A stretch of 63,606 nucleotides of DNA, the filler included, from Nemertoderma westbladi (taxonomy: Eukaryota; Animalia; Xenacoelomorpha): assembly GCA_032718475.1 (NCBI GenBank). It is 3 parts of 3 records of this genome, joined end to end, with 100 filler letters (N's around TTAATTAATTAA, not from the genome) between each part and the next. Parts side by side here need not be neighbours in the genome. Positions count along the whole stretch, not along the records: positions 1 to 24,529 come from JAUCBJ010001795.1; 2 more parts are not named here. The stretch is one strand, 5' to 3'. The position numbers and the translations under genes were made by a program. The notes beneath the pieces were generated by a model. The model was not told the DNA's origin. It did no database searches and was given only the letters and a program-made list of their open reading frames with translations. Positions 14,019 through 24,629 of this stretch are shown here, one piece after another (position 1 is the stretch's first letter; each line of letters begins with the position of its first letter).

Positions 14019-14355
14019 TATATAGAAGCCGTTCCGTACAGGAATACTGCATTGATCCGTGAATTAACCAATCAGCTCACGGATCAAATTTCACCTTTTC
14101 ATACAGGAATTTTTGATATTTCCAAAGACTCAATTAACTTTCGTTTATTGTTTTGGTTCCCTCAACACGCCTCTGTAACCTGCTTCTTTACTTACTAACC
14201 TGCTCCCTTGATAGTACAGTATATTAAGTGGGGGACAACTCCCTCTGAATGGATCAACAATTCCTGTATGAAAACAGGAATATTGATCTGTGAACTGATT
14301 GGTTATTCACGGATCAATATAGGAGCCTACCTGTACGGAACAGCTTGTCATTATA
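14019..14355. mobile_element. Small MITE with ~95-bp imperfect inverted arms
   Basis: gttccgtacagg...attgatccgtgaattaaccaatcag...ttttcatacaggaatt versus aattcctgtatgaaaa...ctgattggttattcacggatcaat...cctgtacggaac. Confidence 0.7.
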
Positions 14356-14483
14356 TAATATGTGACCCCCTTTAAGTTTAACCGGGTAGAGTAGGTGTCG
14401 GACTACTGGACTAAGTATGAATTACCGCCATACCGCTACTGCTGTACTGGCTAGGAGTACAGGAACAGGAGTATGGGAAACTT

Positions 14484-14623
14484 GGGTAAATATTTTCGAC
14501 CTACGCGTAGCTACGCGTAGAACCTACGCCCAGTTAATGTTAAAACTCTGAAACTGGTGATATAATATGACCCGATGTTGCGAACTACGCGTAGACCTAC
14601 GCGTGGGTCGAAACGATTTACAC
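14484..14623. mobile_element. 140-bp MITE (CTACGCGTAG family) with 8-bp TSD
   Basis: Ends gggtaaatattttcgacc / ggtcgaaacgatttacac. TSD ggaaactt at 14476-14483 and 14624-14631. Confidence 0.85.
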
Positions 14624-14678
14624 GGAAACTTTATTTAAATTAGGTTTTGCTACATCATCAGATGATCGACTGATATAT

Positions 14679-15833
14679 GGGTAAATCTTTTCGACCTACG
14701 CGTAGGCCTACGCGTAGCTACGCGTAGCTACGCGTAGTTTGTAACTTCCATTCCTGTCATTTACCGGTAGGGCCAGACTTACTGCCTATTTAACAACTAC
14801 GCGTAGGTGTTTTAAAACTACGCGTAGTTATTTTGGAACTACGCGTAGGTATTTTGAAACTACGCGTAGGTGCTACGCGTAGCTACGCGTAGGTGCTACG
14901 CGTAGCAGTCCTGATAACAATGATTTTTCATTTCAGGTCCGGTAGGGTTGAGTTGTTAAGCAAGTATCGGTATATTTCAGGTATCTGATTATCAGACAAA
15001 TGTATAACAGAATCGGAAATTCATATCTCTACATACAGCACTGGTAATAAATAATATTCGGCTCTTTCACAAACAAACACAGGATGAATAAAAAGTAAAC
15101 TTAAAATTCACGTCTCATGATTCAAGTATCTTTGTTTCCATTGGATTATTTAAATATTGAACAGTAGTAAATAAAGCGACCAGTCTACCGGTGAAGAGGT
15201 TAAGCGAAAGCTGATAAATACTGCATATAATCAAATTGTTTGATCAAATAACAAGTGCAACCAATCATGGTAGACAATTTAGTCTCCCCCTTCCCTTGTC
15301 AAGGGGTTAACATATTAAATACAGTATATCCTTGCCCTATCGTGAACAAAGGCAATAAAAACCATAGAGAATCGATAATAACCATCGGCCTATTTCCTTT
15401 GTAAACTATTTTTGAACTCTAAACATTAATTATTAACACATTTTACCGCCCGCAACGCATGAAGTGAAGAATATGTAGTCTTCGCGTATTCCTCTATATA
15501 GAGTATACAGGTATAGGATGCATTACTGTTGAAAGCATTTGATGGTTGTGGGTTGTTTATTGAACATACCGAATTGTGTCTTATTTTAGTACTGAACGGC
15601 TTGGAATACGTAAGCCTACTCATGATAAACGACGTATAGGCATAGTTATGGGTAGCACCTATGCGTAGGTCGCGTAGGACCTACGCGTAGCTACGCGTAG
15701 CACCTACGCGTAGCTACGCGTAGCACCTACGCGTAGTTATTGTTAAAACTCTGAAACTGGTGATATATGACCCAATGTTGCGAACTACGCGTAGCTACGC
15801 GTAGGCCTACGCGTAGGTCGAAAAGATTTACCC
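14679..15833. mobile_element. 1.15-kb non-autonomous DNA transposon (CTACGCGTAG family), 8-bp TSD (hAT, Merlin or P class)
   Basis: Perfect TIR gggtaaatcttttcgacctacgcgtaggcctacgcgtagctacgcgtag. TSD tgatatat at 14671-14678 and 15834-15841. Arrays of the palindrome ctacgcgtag in both subtermini. Confidence 0.9.
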
Positions 15834-16771
15834 TGATATATGAATGGATATAATGTCAATGCTCATGCTCAGTGGTCCTAAATGCTTAATGCAGGCAGTA
15901 CAGCAGTCAGGCAGTACCGTAATGCTATAATAATAGGCGAGGCCTACAGTGATATGGTTGGTAATGCTTATTTATCCTGTTATCTGTTTACATGTTTAGG
16001 CCTATTTTACAACAGCCGTACCAGGTACCCGTATATCTGTAAGTACAATGTAGCACTTAGGCCTAAATTACAAAATTCCTTTACGGTTGCCGGACCGGCA
16101 ACCGTAAACAAATTCTGTCCGGTACCTGGCTGCCTGGGTACCGGTACCAGACTGCAGACATAGGCCTAACTGCAGTACAGCAGTAGGCTGGTAGGCCTGC
16201 CGTTACCGGTAGCATAACAGTACGGTCACGGTAGCGATAACAGATAACTGGATAAGTCAAAGCTAAGCAGCGAAGTGGAAGTGCAGAAGTGCTGATGCCT
16301 GGATGCAGAAGTGTAAATTCTGAAATCGATCTGTCTCACTATGCACTATCCTTCCCTTCAGCCCTTCAGCACTAGGCCAGTAGGCAGCCTGGCAGCTAGG
16401 CATATCAACTATCTGTGGCTGTGGCCCTGTGGCACTAGTTGAGAATACGGAATTACTAGAATAGCAGGGGACCCCCCTGATTGCCGTTTGATGCTGATTT
16501 CTGAAAGCTGTTTGCATTCAGGAGCCCATAGCCAGGGCATGGAGCATCCCCTGCTATTCTTAACCAGTCCTGCAGTCCCCTACCAACCTACAGCCCTATT
16601 CCAGTATTACAGTAGGCCCTGTACACTGTACTGCTGTAGCGTACGTAGCTGACTGGCTGATCTCTTTGAGTACGGTACCGGTACGCCTGGTTTTTATAGT
16701 CCCATTTAATTGCTGAAAACCTTCTATTAATTTACTAAAGTTCGGGTACATACGACAGTACGATACGAACA

Positions 16772-17128
16772 ATGCCTAAAATAAAGAAGAAGTCGGCAAT
16801 AAATGAGTTGGTGACCCGGGAGTATACGATCCACCTCCACAAGCGGATTCATGGAGTCGGATTCAAGAAACGGGCCCCGAGAGCCGTCAAGGAAATCCGA
16901 AAGTTCGCCTTCAAGATGATGGGAACTCCAGACGTGCGAGTAGATCAGGGACTCAATAAAGCGCTGTGGTCCAAAGGGATCCGAAGCGTTCCCCATAGAA
17001 TCCGTGTTCGGCTGTCTAGGAAACGAAATGAGGATGATGACTCAGTGCATAGTCTCTACACTCTTGTGACGCACGTACCGGTGTCAAGCTTCAAGGGTTT
17101 GGGGATTAAGAACGTTGATGAAGACTAA
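16772..17128 (+). CDS. RPL31: 60S ribosomal protein L31 (eL31), intronless CDS
   Basis: [33 protein letters not shown]...[31 protein letters not shown]; intact 118 aa. Confidence 0.97.
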   Translation: MPKIKKKSAINELVTREYTIHLHKRIHGVGFKKRAPRAVKEIRKFAFKMMGTPDVRVDQGLNKALWSKGIRSVPHRIRVRLSRKRNEDDDSVHSLYTLVTHVPVSSFKGLGIKNVDED

Positions 17129-18589
17129 ATTGACTCTTAGGTACAGGTTGTATACTGGTAGATTGTTGTGCCTAATAATTGTTTTTTGCGGGTATATTTA
17201 ATATTTCGATTATACCTGATGATTGGTGACCAGTACCGGCGACAGCGTTATTTTGAAACCCCGTTTGCAACTTTATAGGTTTTCCGTACGACGCTAAGAA
17301 TAAGCAAAGAATCCGCATTGATAGGCCTATTCACTGGAAATTTATAGAATCCGAATTATTAAATTTGTTTAACCAAGAATAATATACGAAAGTCAATAGT
17401 ACAGATGCTAACAGTTGCATTTTTGCTTTCAATTTTTGCATTCAGCTGTTATTTTGTTGATTTCCCCTGGACACGGTTGACATGTGAAACTTAACTGAAT
17501 ATCCAATGATATAGGTCCGCAAAGGCAGTCATATATAGGTAGACAGGCATGTTTTCCTGTTACCCCCAGTGCTGTTGTATCTTGAAAATTTTTCGAAAAT
17601 TGGGAGTAAAAAAAAGGAGAAGGATACTCATAGGGGACAAGAACCTTTTACTCTGTTTGTTTTTCGACATTTTCATTATATCGCCCACAATGATAGCGAC
17701 ATGTTGTTGGAGAGCAATGAAGTAGGTGGTAGGCCTACGTGGTGGCAGAGTTTTGAATAAGAGCCAAAACGAAAAATACAAGTAGCACAAATTTAAAATA
17801 ATTTGATGATTACACTTCCATAAGAGATTTTATTTTTATCTTTATTTTATCAGGTTATATCGTGATCAGCGATCTCGAAAACCCCTTTCTTCAGAATTAT
17901 CCAACATAATTCAATTTTTGAAATGTATGTTACTTGTAATTTTCGACCCACCAGGCAAGCACCAAAAACGACAATTGCGTTGCCATGGGTGATTTCTAAC
18001 GAGTTGTATCGTGATCAACGACCTTGAAAACCAGTGTAGCTTCAGTACCCACCCAAAGGCAAAATTTAACAGTTTGAAGTTTTTGCTAGGCCTACTTGTA
18101 CATATTTTTCGTACTGTAGTAAAAGTAGTCAAGACCAGATATGGTTTTAAGCAACAAACAACAATCAAGGTATTTCACATGTAATAATTTTAGACCTCAA
18201 AAGCTTTTGGGTTTCAAACTACACACCGGTTCACCTAAATGCCCCAAACTATAAATATAAATAAGGCTTGAGGGCCTACTGTAAAGTAAAGTTATCCGTG
18301 AACTTGAAACAAAAGGGGCAACCCGGAGGGTAAGTTTTGGCTATTATTTGTTACGCAGATTAGGTACCGCTCGAATTCCCATGGGTGAACACTCCAATCC
18401 TAATCTTAGAGCAGAAGCTAGTTTCGGATTTGATGGCTAAAGCACTGACGTCCAAAGTGACCTAGACCTACTTAGGAAGAACGAAAATCCACTCACATTA
18501 TTGCTAGGTCTATTGCGAATTCGGCCAGTAGCGCCGTTCCACTATAAGTAAAAAAAGTAAAGCAAAGCGATTGGTTAACGTGTGAAATG

Positions 18590-18910
18590 CGAAACACAGG
18601 GGGCAACTCGAAGGCTCTTCTCTCATGGCTGTTACCTATAAAGCTGGGACGGCGACACACTAACTCCCAAGGTTGAATACTCCATAAATATCCAAGTTTA
18701 CTTCCTACTATCCAAGGTTACTCCCCCAGCAGCAGAAGCCAGGTCTACATTGTACTTCTGCGTTTGCGTGAGCAATAATGACAAAGTGCCTTTTTCTTAA
18801 AGGACACAACAATGGGAAACTTGTACACCATTAAGTTGGATTTGAACCTGCGCCTCAAAACAAATTGTGAACGCAGTTCAGGCGCTGTATCCACTCGGAC
18901 ACAGCGACAC
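18590..18910 (-). mobile_element. tRNA-derived SINE
   Basis: The minus strand starts gtgtcgctgtgtccgagtgg (A box) ... gcaggttcaaatcc (B box), followed by gtgtcctttaagaaaaaggcacttt...ttgctc, resembling conserved SINE central domains. 3' limit uncertain. Confidence 0.55.
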
Positions 18911-19038
18911 AAAGATTAGTTTAGGCCAACAATTTATTAATAGGCCAAATTTATAAATTAATAATTATATCCAGTATTTTCGAATCTACAATAATTAAAA
19001 TATTACACATATCCAGATGTATATTTACAGACCCCACT

Positions 19039-19708
19039 CTATTTGTTATTTTTTTTGTGTTTTTTATTATAACTTGTCGGAATATATGTGACGGTAACCA
19101 ATTCATGTTCGTCTCCAAATAGCACCGATTTCTTTTCGTTCAATTGCTGCGACCCAATATTGCCGTATTTGCTTTCCTCTACGCTGGTCGACGTATGTGA
19201 CCCAGTTGGGTTCTTCAGAACACTTTTAGGATTTCTGGCCGAATGTAATTCCTTCGTCTCTTTCATTCCTAGTTGCCTAGTCGCAATAATTTCTCCACCA
19301 TTATTTATTTCTTTTTCAATATTATTGAGTCGGTTTTTTCCTTTATTTTCCTCCATTGTATTACCATCTGCTCTTTTGTACAATATATTATGGTTACCTA
19401 TTAGACCACCACTCCTGTCGCTAACTTTGTTATATAATAGTTTCCCATTGGCTGCTAGTTGTTCCTCTAGCAACGGGTTTTGCTGCCCAGATGGAGGCAG
19501 AATCGTAGTCGCAGGGAAATTATCTTTACAAATGGAGGGATGTCTTTCTACTGGTGATTCTGATTGGTTAGTCGGTGTGGGTGAGTAACGTCGTCGGAAT
19601 GGATTTCCGTCCTCCATTCTTTGTCGCCACTGCAGTGGCGTTGTGGCGGATTCTACCGACTGTTTTAAATTATCCATTCGACTTTTTAGTTTCTCCATCT
19701 CTTTGTAC
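19039..19708 (-). CDS. Uncharacterised protein, terminal exon 5 of 5 (contains KSVLK and KKSVLF)
   Basis: ttttag|G TAC AAA GAG ATG; open to TAG at 19039. All five exon phases are compatible (1875 nt total). Confidence 0.75.
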
Positions 19709-20310
19709 CTAAAATTGATATCAATATCGTAATATTTAAGTGTGTTATTGTCTTGAGCTAAAGCAGCCGCCTTCTTCCAGATGATTCTGTACCACCAAAC
19801 TACTGTACGAGCGTTTCTACTGTATAACGTACCGCATAACTTTTATACATTATTTATTTATTTATTATTTGTTTATTATCCTCGATAAGCAATAAAAATA
19901 ATAATTTTGATATATACACACAGATTCACAACAATAATATAAAGTAAAAAGCAATTATAGAATATATAAAACTGAACTTAATTAAACAATAATTGAATCT
20001 GCTGGACATGGCATGATGGGACTTCCACTATAGCTACTGTACAGTACATGCTAGTGCAGTTACAGGCTACCACCAATAATTGGAGGAAAGGAGTCTAAAA
20101 AGTAAAGAAAAAATAATTTTAAATTCGACCATTGATATTTTGACCAATAATACCGAGAAACTGAAAATAACTTAACTTTGTAATTTGTGTTTTGCATGGA
20201 TTATTTTATTTGTGGATACTATTAATATTATTGTAGATACCAAATACGTGAATTAATATGACAGCAAGTTGATTATTGAATGTAAAAAGACGTTTTGCTA
20301 CACGACTCAC

Positions 20311-20709
20311 CTTTGATCAGCCCGTGCCTCAGTGTGACTGAGATCCCACGAAAACATAGGGAATTCGGCACGTAGGCCTTTCCGTACTTTGGTAACATAA
20401 GGATCGACCTCTATGTATGGAGTTCCGCTACAACCCGACGGATGTCCTTCACTTGGGTACAGTTTCATTCCGAACACTGGACCGGCCTCGTTTCCAAGGC
20501 GACTGGTATTTTTGGTAATTGCCAGTTTAATTTTTCGTATATTGTCGGTCACATTCTCTCGGGCTTGGAGTTCTGTCGATGTCCCAGTTTGCTGTTTTCT
20601 TGTTTCGGTTTCAACCTGGTGATTGGCCGTGACGACAGTTTTACGCGAATCATTAGTTTCATCTTCAAGTTGGTGAAACTTTGCGTCAGCAAATATATCG
20701 TTTTCCAAC
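20311..20709 (-). CDS. Uncharacterised protein, exon 4 of 5
   Basis: tttctag|G TTG GAA..., donor AG|gtgagt; phase 2 to 2; matches ORF 20307-20708. Confidence 0.75.
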
Positions 20710-21264
20710 CTAGAAATAAAAAGGAAAAATCATTTTAAAAATGATATAAATCATGTCTTACTTACAATAAAGTAAATAAATGGTATTTTGTAGGCCTATA
20801 TGAAAACGTTAAGAAAGCGCGCTCTTTTAAGAATTGGTTGCCTAAAAAACGGGCATAAAACGGGTGGATCGAGCGACTAAGTAAGCTAGCTTAGCATACG
20901 GGAATCTGTGATTCAACCGATGACTGACTGCCGAAAAGGTAATAACTCCACCAAGTTTTGATAAAAATTTGACCAAACTTGGTAAAAATGTAGTCAATCT
21001 GCCAAATGTCAAATAGAATCTGGGTGGGGTGACTCAGCAGTTCTCAACTGCCCCGCTAACGGTCGACTAGATCAATCGTTTCGAATGTTGTAGTTCCTTA
21101 TTTAGGCCTACTGTATACAACATTCGCAGGCCCTAATTACTGCTCTCGTGCTCTGATCATCGTATTCACACCCCCTCACTACTTTATTTCGTGTAACAAA
21201 CAACATGTAAATGATACTTTTTGCACACGTGTGTTAGCAAGGAATACAAATATAAAATACTTAC

Positions 21265-21390
21265 GAGCAGATTACACACCTTGCACAATTTCCTCCTTTG
21301 TTTTTCCCATCGTGCAAACTATCCTGTGTTTCAGTCCCGCGTTGGAAGTTCCCAGAATTTATAGGCTGAGACACATCGGGCATGTATATA
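21265..21390 (-). CDS. Uncharacterised protein, exon 3 of 5
   Basis: ttccag|T...TC|gtaagt; 126 nt, phase 2 to 2; IYMPDVSQPINSGNFQRGTETQDSLHDGKNKGGNCARCVICS. Confidence 0.65.
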
Positions 21391-21940
21391 CTGGAATATA
21401 ATAATCACTGTATTAGCAAAGTTATGTAATCCTGTGCTCTGCGTAGCACCCACAACATAATGCACCTTTACATACAGTACAAACAAAAGAGGCCTACTAA
21501 GTAAATTAGCAATATTTTATAATTATTGATTTATTGTAGGCCTACAGTATTTTTCAATTTGGGTGTTGTATTTAAAATTTTATTGGTATGACTAATGTTT
21601 CGCTTAGCTAATGATGTAAACGCAACGCCGACCACCGATAACCTCAGCCTACAGTACAACCGTTATTACGAAGAAAATTGAAACTGGAATATAATCACTT
21701 GACTCTCGTTTGTTGTTTTGGATAGAATAACTTGCCACTATAACCTGTTCCTTTCCCTTAACATTTACAACGTTTCTTGGTTATGGTTGTCCGCTGTCAG
21801 AGTAGCATTTACACCCGAATATTTTGCAATGGATGAATCATTTAAATTAACTATTTTTAAAGCATGACTTGAACTATACGAGATATCACTAACAGGCTGT
21901 AGGCGTAATGTTTCAAGTTTGAATAAGGTATAGTTGTTAC

Positions 21941-22260
21941 CTGTAATGCCGTATTAGACGCGGTGGGTTATCTGACTTCCGGTCGGTTTGCTTCGTTACG
22001 ATTGGGGTGCGATACACAACTGAATTAGTGTTAGGAGGTACCAATGACTCCCTTGAGTTCCAGGCCACGCCGCAACGGGGTGTGTTAACAGGAGCACGGG
22101 AAGGTACTCCATTAGTTTGTGTAGGTAGGATTACATCACTGTGTTGTGTATGACGGGACACTGTTACACCATTACTTATTAGGTTGGACGGCACTCCAAT
22201 GTGTTGTGTAAGACGAGGACTTGGTTGTGTTATCCGACGATTCTGTGTCGTATTATCCAA
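21941..22260 (-). CDS. Uncharacterised protein, exon 2 of 5
   Basis: Acceptor ttgtag|TTG, donor AG|gtaac; phase 0 to 2; open frame LDNTTQN...LIRHY. Confidence 0.75.
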
Positions 22261-22751
22261 CTACAATAAGTTTAGTTTAAGGGGCGAGCCATAAAGTTCA
22301 ACAATCTTAATTACTTACAGTAGTAGTTCAAAATCCTAATACTAAAATGTACATTTTTGTCAACGAAATGAACTTCATTACTACACCGAGCCAACAAAAA
22401 CAAGGGAAAAAGGATATTAAAAAATAAAAGGATATGGGAAAAAAGTACAGTTATAATATCGCGCTCCTTTATGAATGGGAGCTTGAATGTTGATTCATGT
22501 AATTAATCTTGCTTTGAGGAATTTGCAACAGCTTGGTACTGAAAGGGTTAAAAGGGAAATTATTTTAAGATGAAACTTAAAACTAACCATTTGCCTATTT
22601 AAAATACACAGATATGAAATTTATTGGTAATTTTCAGAAAAATACAAAAAGGGAACAGTTTAGGCCTCCAGTGTTGTATGAGTCATGTTACATCCATATT
22701 GCAAGGTTACTGAAATTTACATATAGGCCTACAATAATTGTAATCTCTTAC

Positions 22752-23111
22752 CTCGGAGTTAAGAATAATTGTACTCTCAGTTGAGGATTTATTTGTCTTC
22801 GGTTGTTGAGTGGAATTCGATTTACCGGTTATTTTTGGCAGATATTTTGGAACCGGCGGTTTCGACAGCATTGTCTCCAACCCAGATTGATTCTTATGAG
22901 TATACTTCACTCTGTAGTAATATGGCTTCGACTGTTTAGTAGTTTGGTTTGAGACATTATTGCCTAAGTTGTCGAAATCCACCAGTTTGGTTTCCAAAGC
23001 TTTCATATGATCCTTGTGTTCCGAGACACTTTCCTTGACAGAACGGCGATCTTCCTCATCATTGGACTCAGCAAAGTCTGTTACTGGAGGAGACCGCACT
23101 ATTGCACTCAT
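22752..23111 (-). CDS. Uncharacterised ~624-aa protein (putative PP1 interactor), exon 1 of 5
   Basis: ATG at 23111 (MSAIVRSPP); donor GAG|gtaag, phase 0. Confidence 0.7.
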
Positions 23112-24529
23112 ATTGGGTATAAAATTGTACAATCACAACCAACATTAATCTTCAATTGTATGGGAAAAATCTTTACGAATCCAAAATAATTTACCATTAA
23201 TTACAAAAGGAAATTGTATGGCAGAATGTACAGTATATGGCACATAGGGTGTTATGAGCAAACTTATCTGTAATAATAACCATCAGGGATTAAAGGCACC
23301 TTCTTTATAAGTCACATACGTATAATAATACTATTACTATAATTTAGATGATAGTCATACTGTATAGAACTCTATGCCTGCAGTAATATACTGTGAAACT
23401 ACTTTTGAACCTCAGCGCAGTCTTCACTTCTTATTAACTGCATTGTGTAATTTAATTTATTACAACTCAAGCGAACCTACATCTATTATTTCCATTAATC
23501 AGTCTGACAAATCGAATAAGCATTAATTCACCTCCAGTTCCATTTGGCATGTATCATTATCATTCATTACACTTTTGTGTTACATAACCAATTATCAACG
23601 CCAATCATTGGATCAAATCAAGCAAAAACCCTAAAGCGAGTAACATACCCTCGCAGAAACTACCCATGTGTTAAAAGGCGTGAACTATGGTCACTCACTC
23701 CCTGGGCAATACTCCAAATCTTACAGACTGTAGTTGATGGAATTATTTTTGGTATTCGCTATAAACAATAATAATTATATATCTAATAATTACCACCGGC
23801 ACTATCACACATAATACTTCGTCAGACCATCACACTAGGTGGTGGTGACCAGCAGATACGAAATGAAAATTGAATACACATATTGTTTTGAAAAATTATC
23901 TTTAATTCACTAATATTTATATTAATGAATGAAATAATCTAACTTTCTTTACTCTTTTTGAAAATCAGTGAGAAAAATACATTTTCAGTAATTTCAAAAT
24001 TAGTGAAAAAAATACCTTTTCCCTTGGAGATTACTTAATGGCGCAAAATGACCGCAAACACTATGTGTTTATACGGTTTAAACAATTAATTTAATTTAAA
24101 AGATCAACGGAAAGGAGTAGGTTACAGTGGCGGTGTTTTCTAACCAAAACAATAAATTAAACATTAACTGTTTAACAATTAATTATAAAACAAATAAAGG
24201 TCCCTTCGTATTCGAGTATACTTAATATTATACGTAAACAGTGATAACGCTGCAACTCTGGTGATAAAGTTTGTTAAGTACTGTATATAACAAAAAAATG
24301 CATTCAATATAAACAGGTAACGGAAAAACACTAATTTATACTCATTATCATCAATGAATGTGAAATTCATATATTATGCACCTGTGTGTTGATTCTTCCA
24401 CTCGTTGGTATTTTAGAGACATTTCAAATACTTTCCAACTCGTGTAAAACTCGGATAGAATTGTTGAATTACTAACATTAAGTGAAAAAAAGCGGTGTTT
24501 TCCATCTACTTTTTCTAATCGAATACGCA

Positions 24530-24629
24530 NNNNNNNNNNNNNNNNNNNNNNNNNNNNNNNNNNNNNNNNNNNNTTAATTAATTAANNNNNNNNNNNNNNN
24601 NNNNNNNNNNNNNNNNNNNNNNNNNNNNN
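24530..24629. other. Assembly gap with artificial six-frame-stop spacer
   Basis: N44-TTAATTAATTAA-N44. Confidence 0.97.

Noticed and set aside
18830-18910. Possible tRNA genes (also 36737-36800)
   Set aside because: A/B boxes are present but the acceptor and anticodon arms do not fold convincingly; treated as SINE heads.
19088-20738. Plus-strand ORFs of 166, 69 and 98 aa
   Set aside because: Antisense shadows of the spliced minus-strand gene.
24574-24585. TTAATTAATTAA inside N runs (also 51404-51415)
   Set aside because: Identical in both gaps; a scaffolding spacer with stops in all six frames, not biology.
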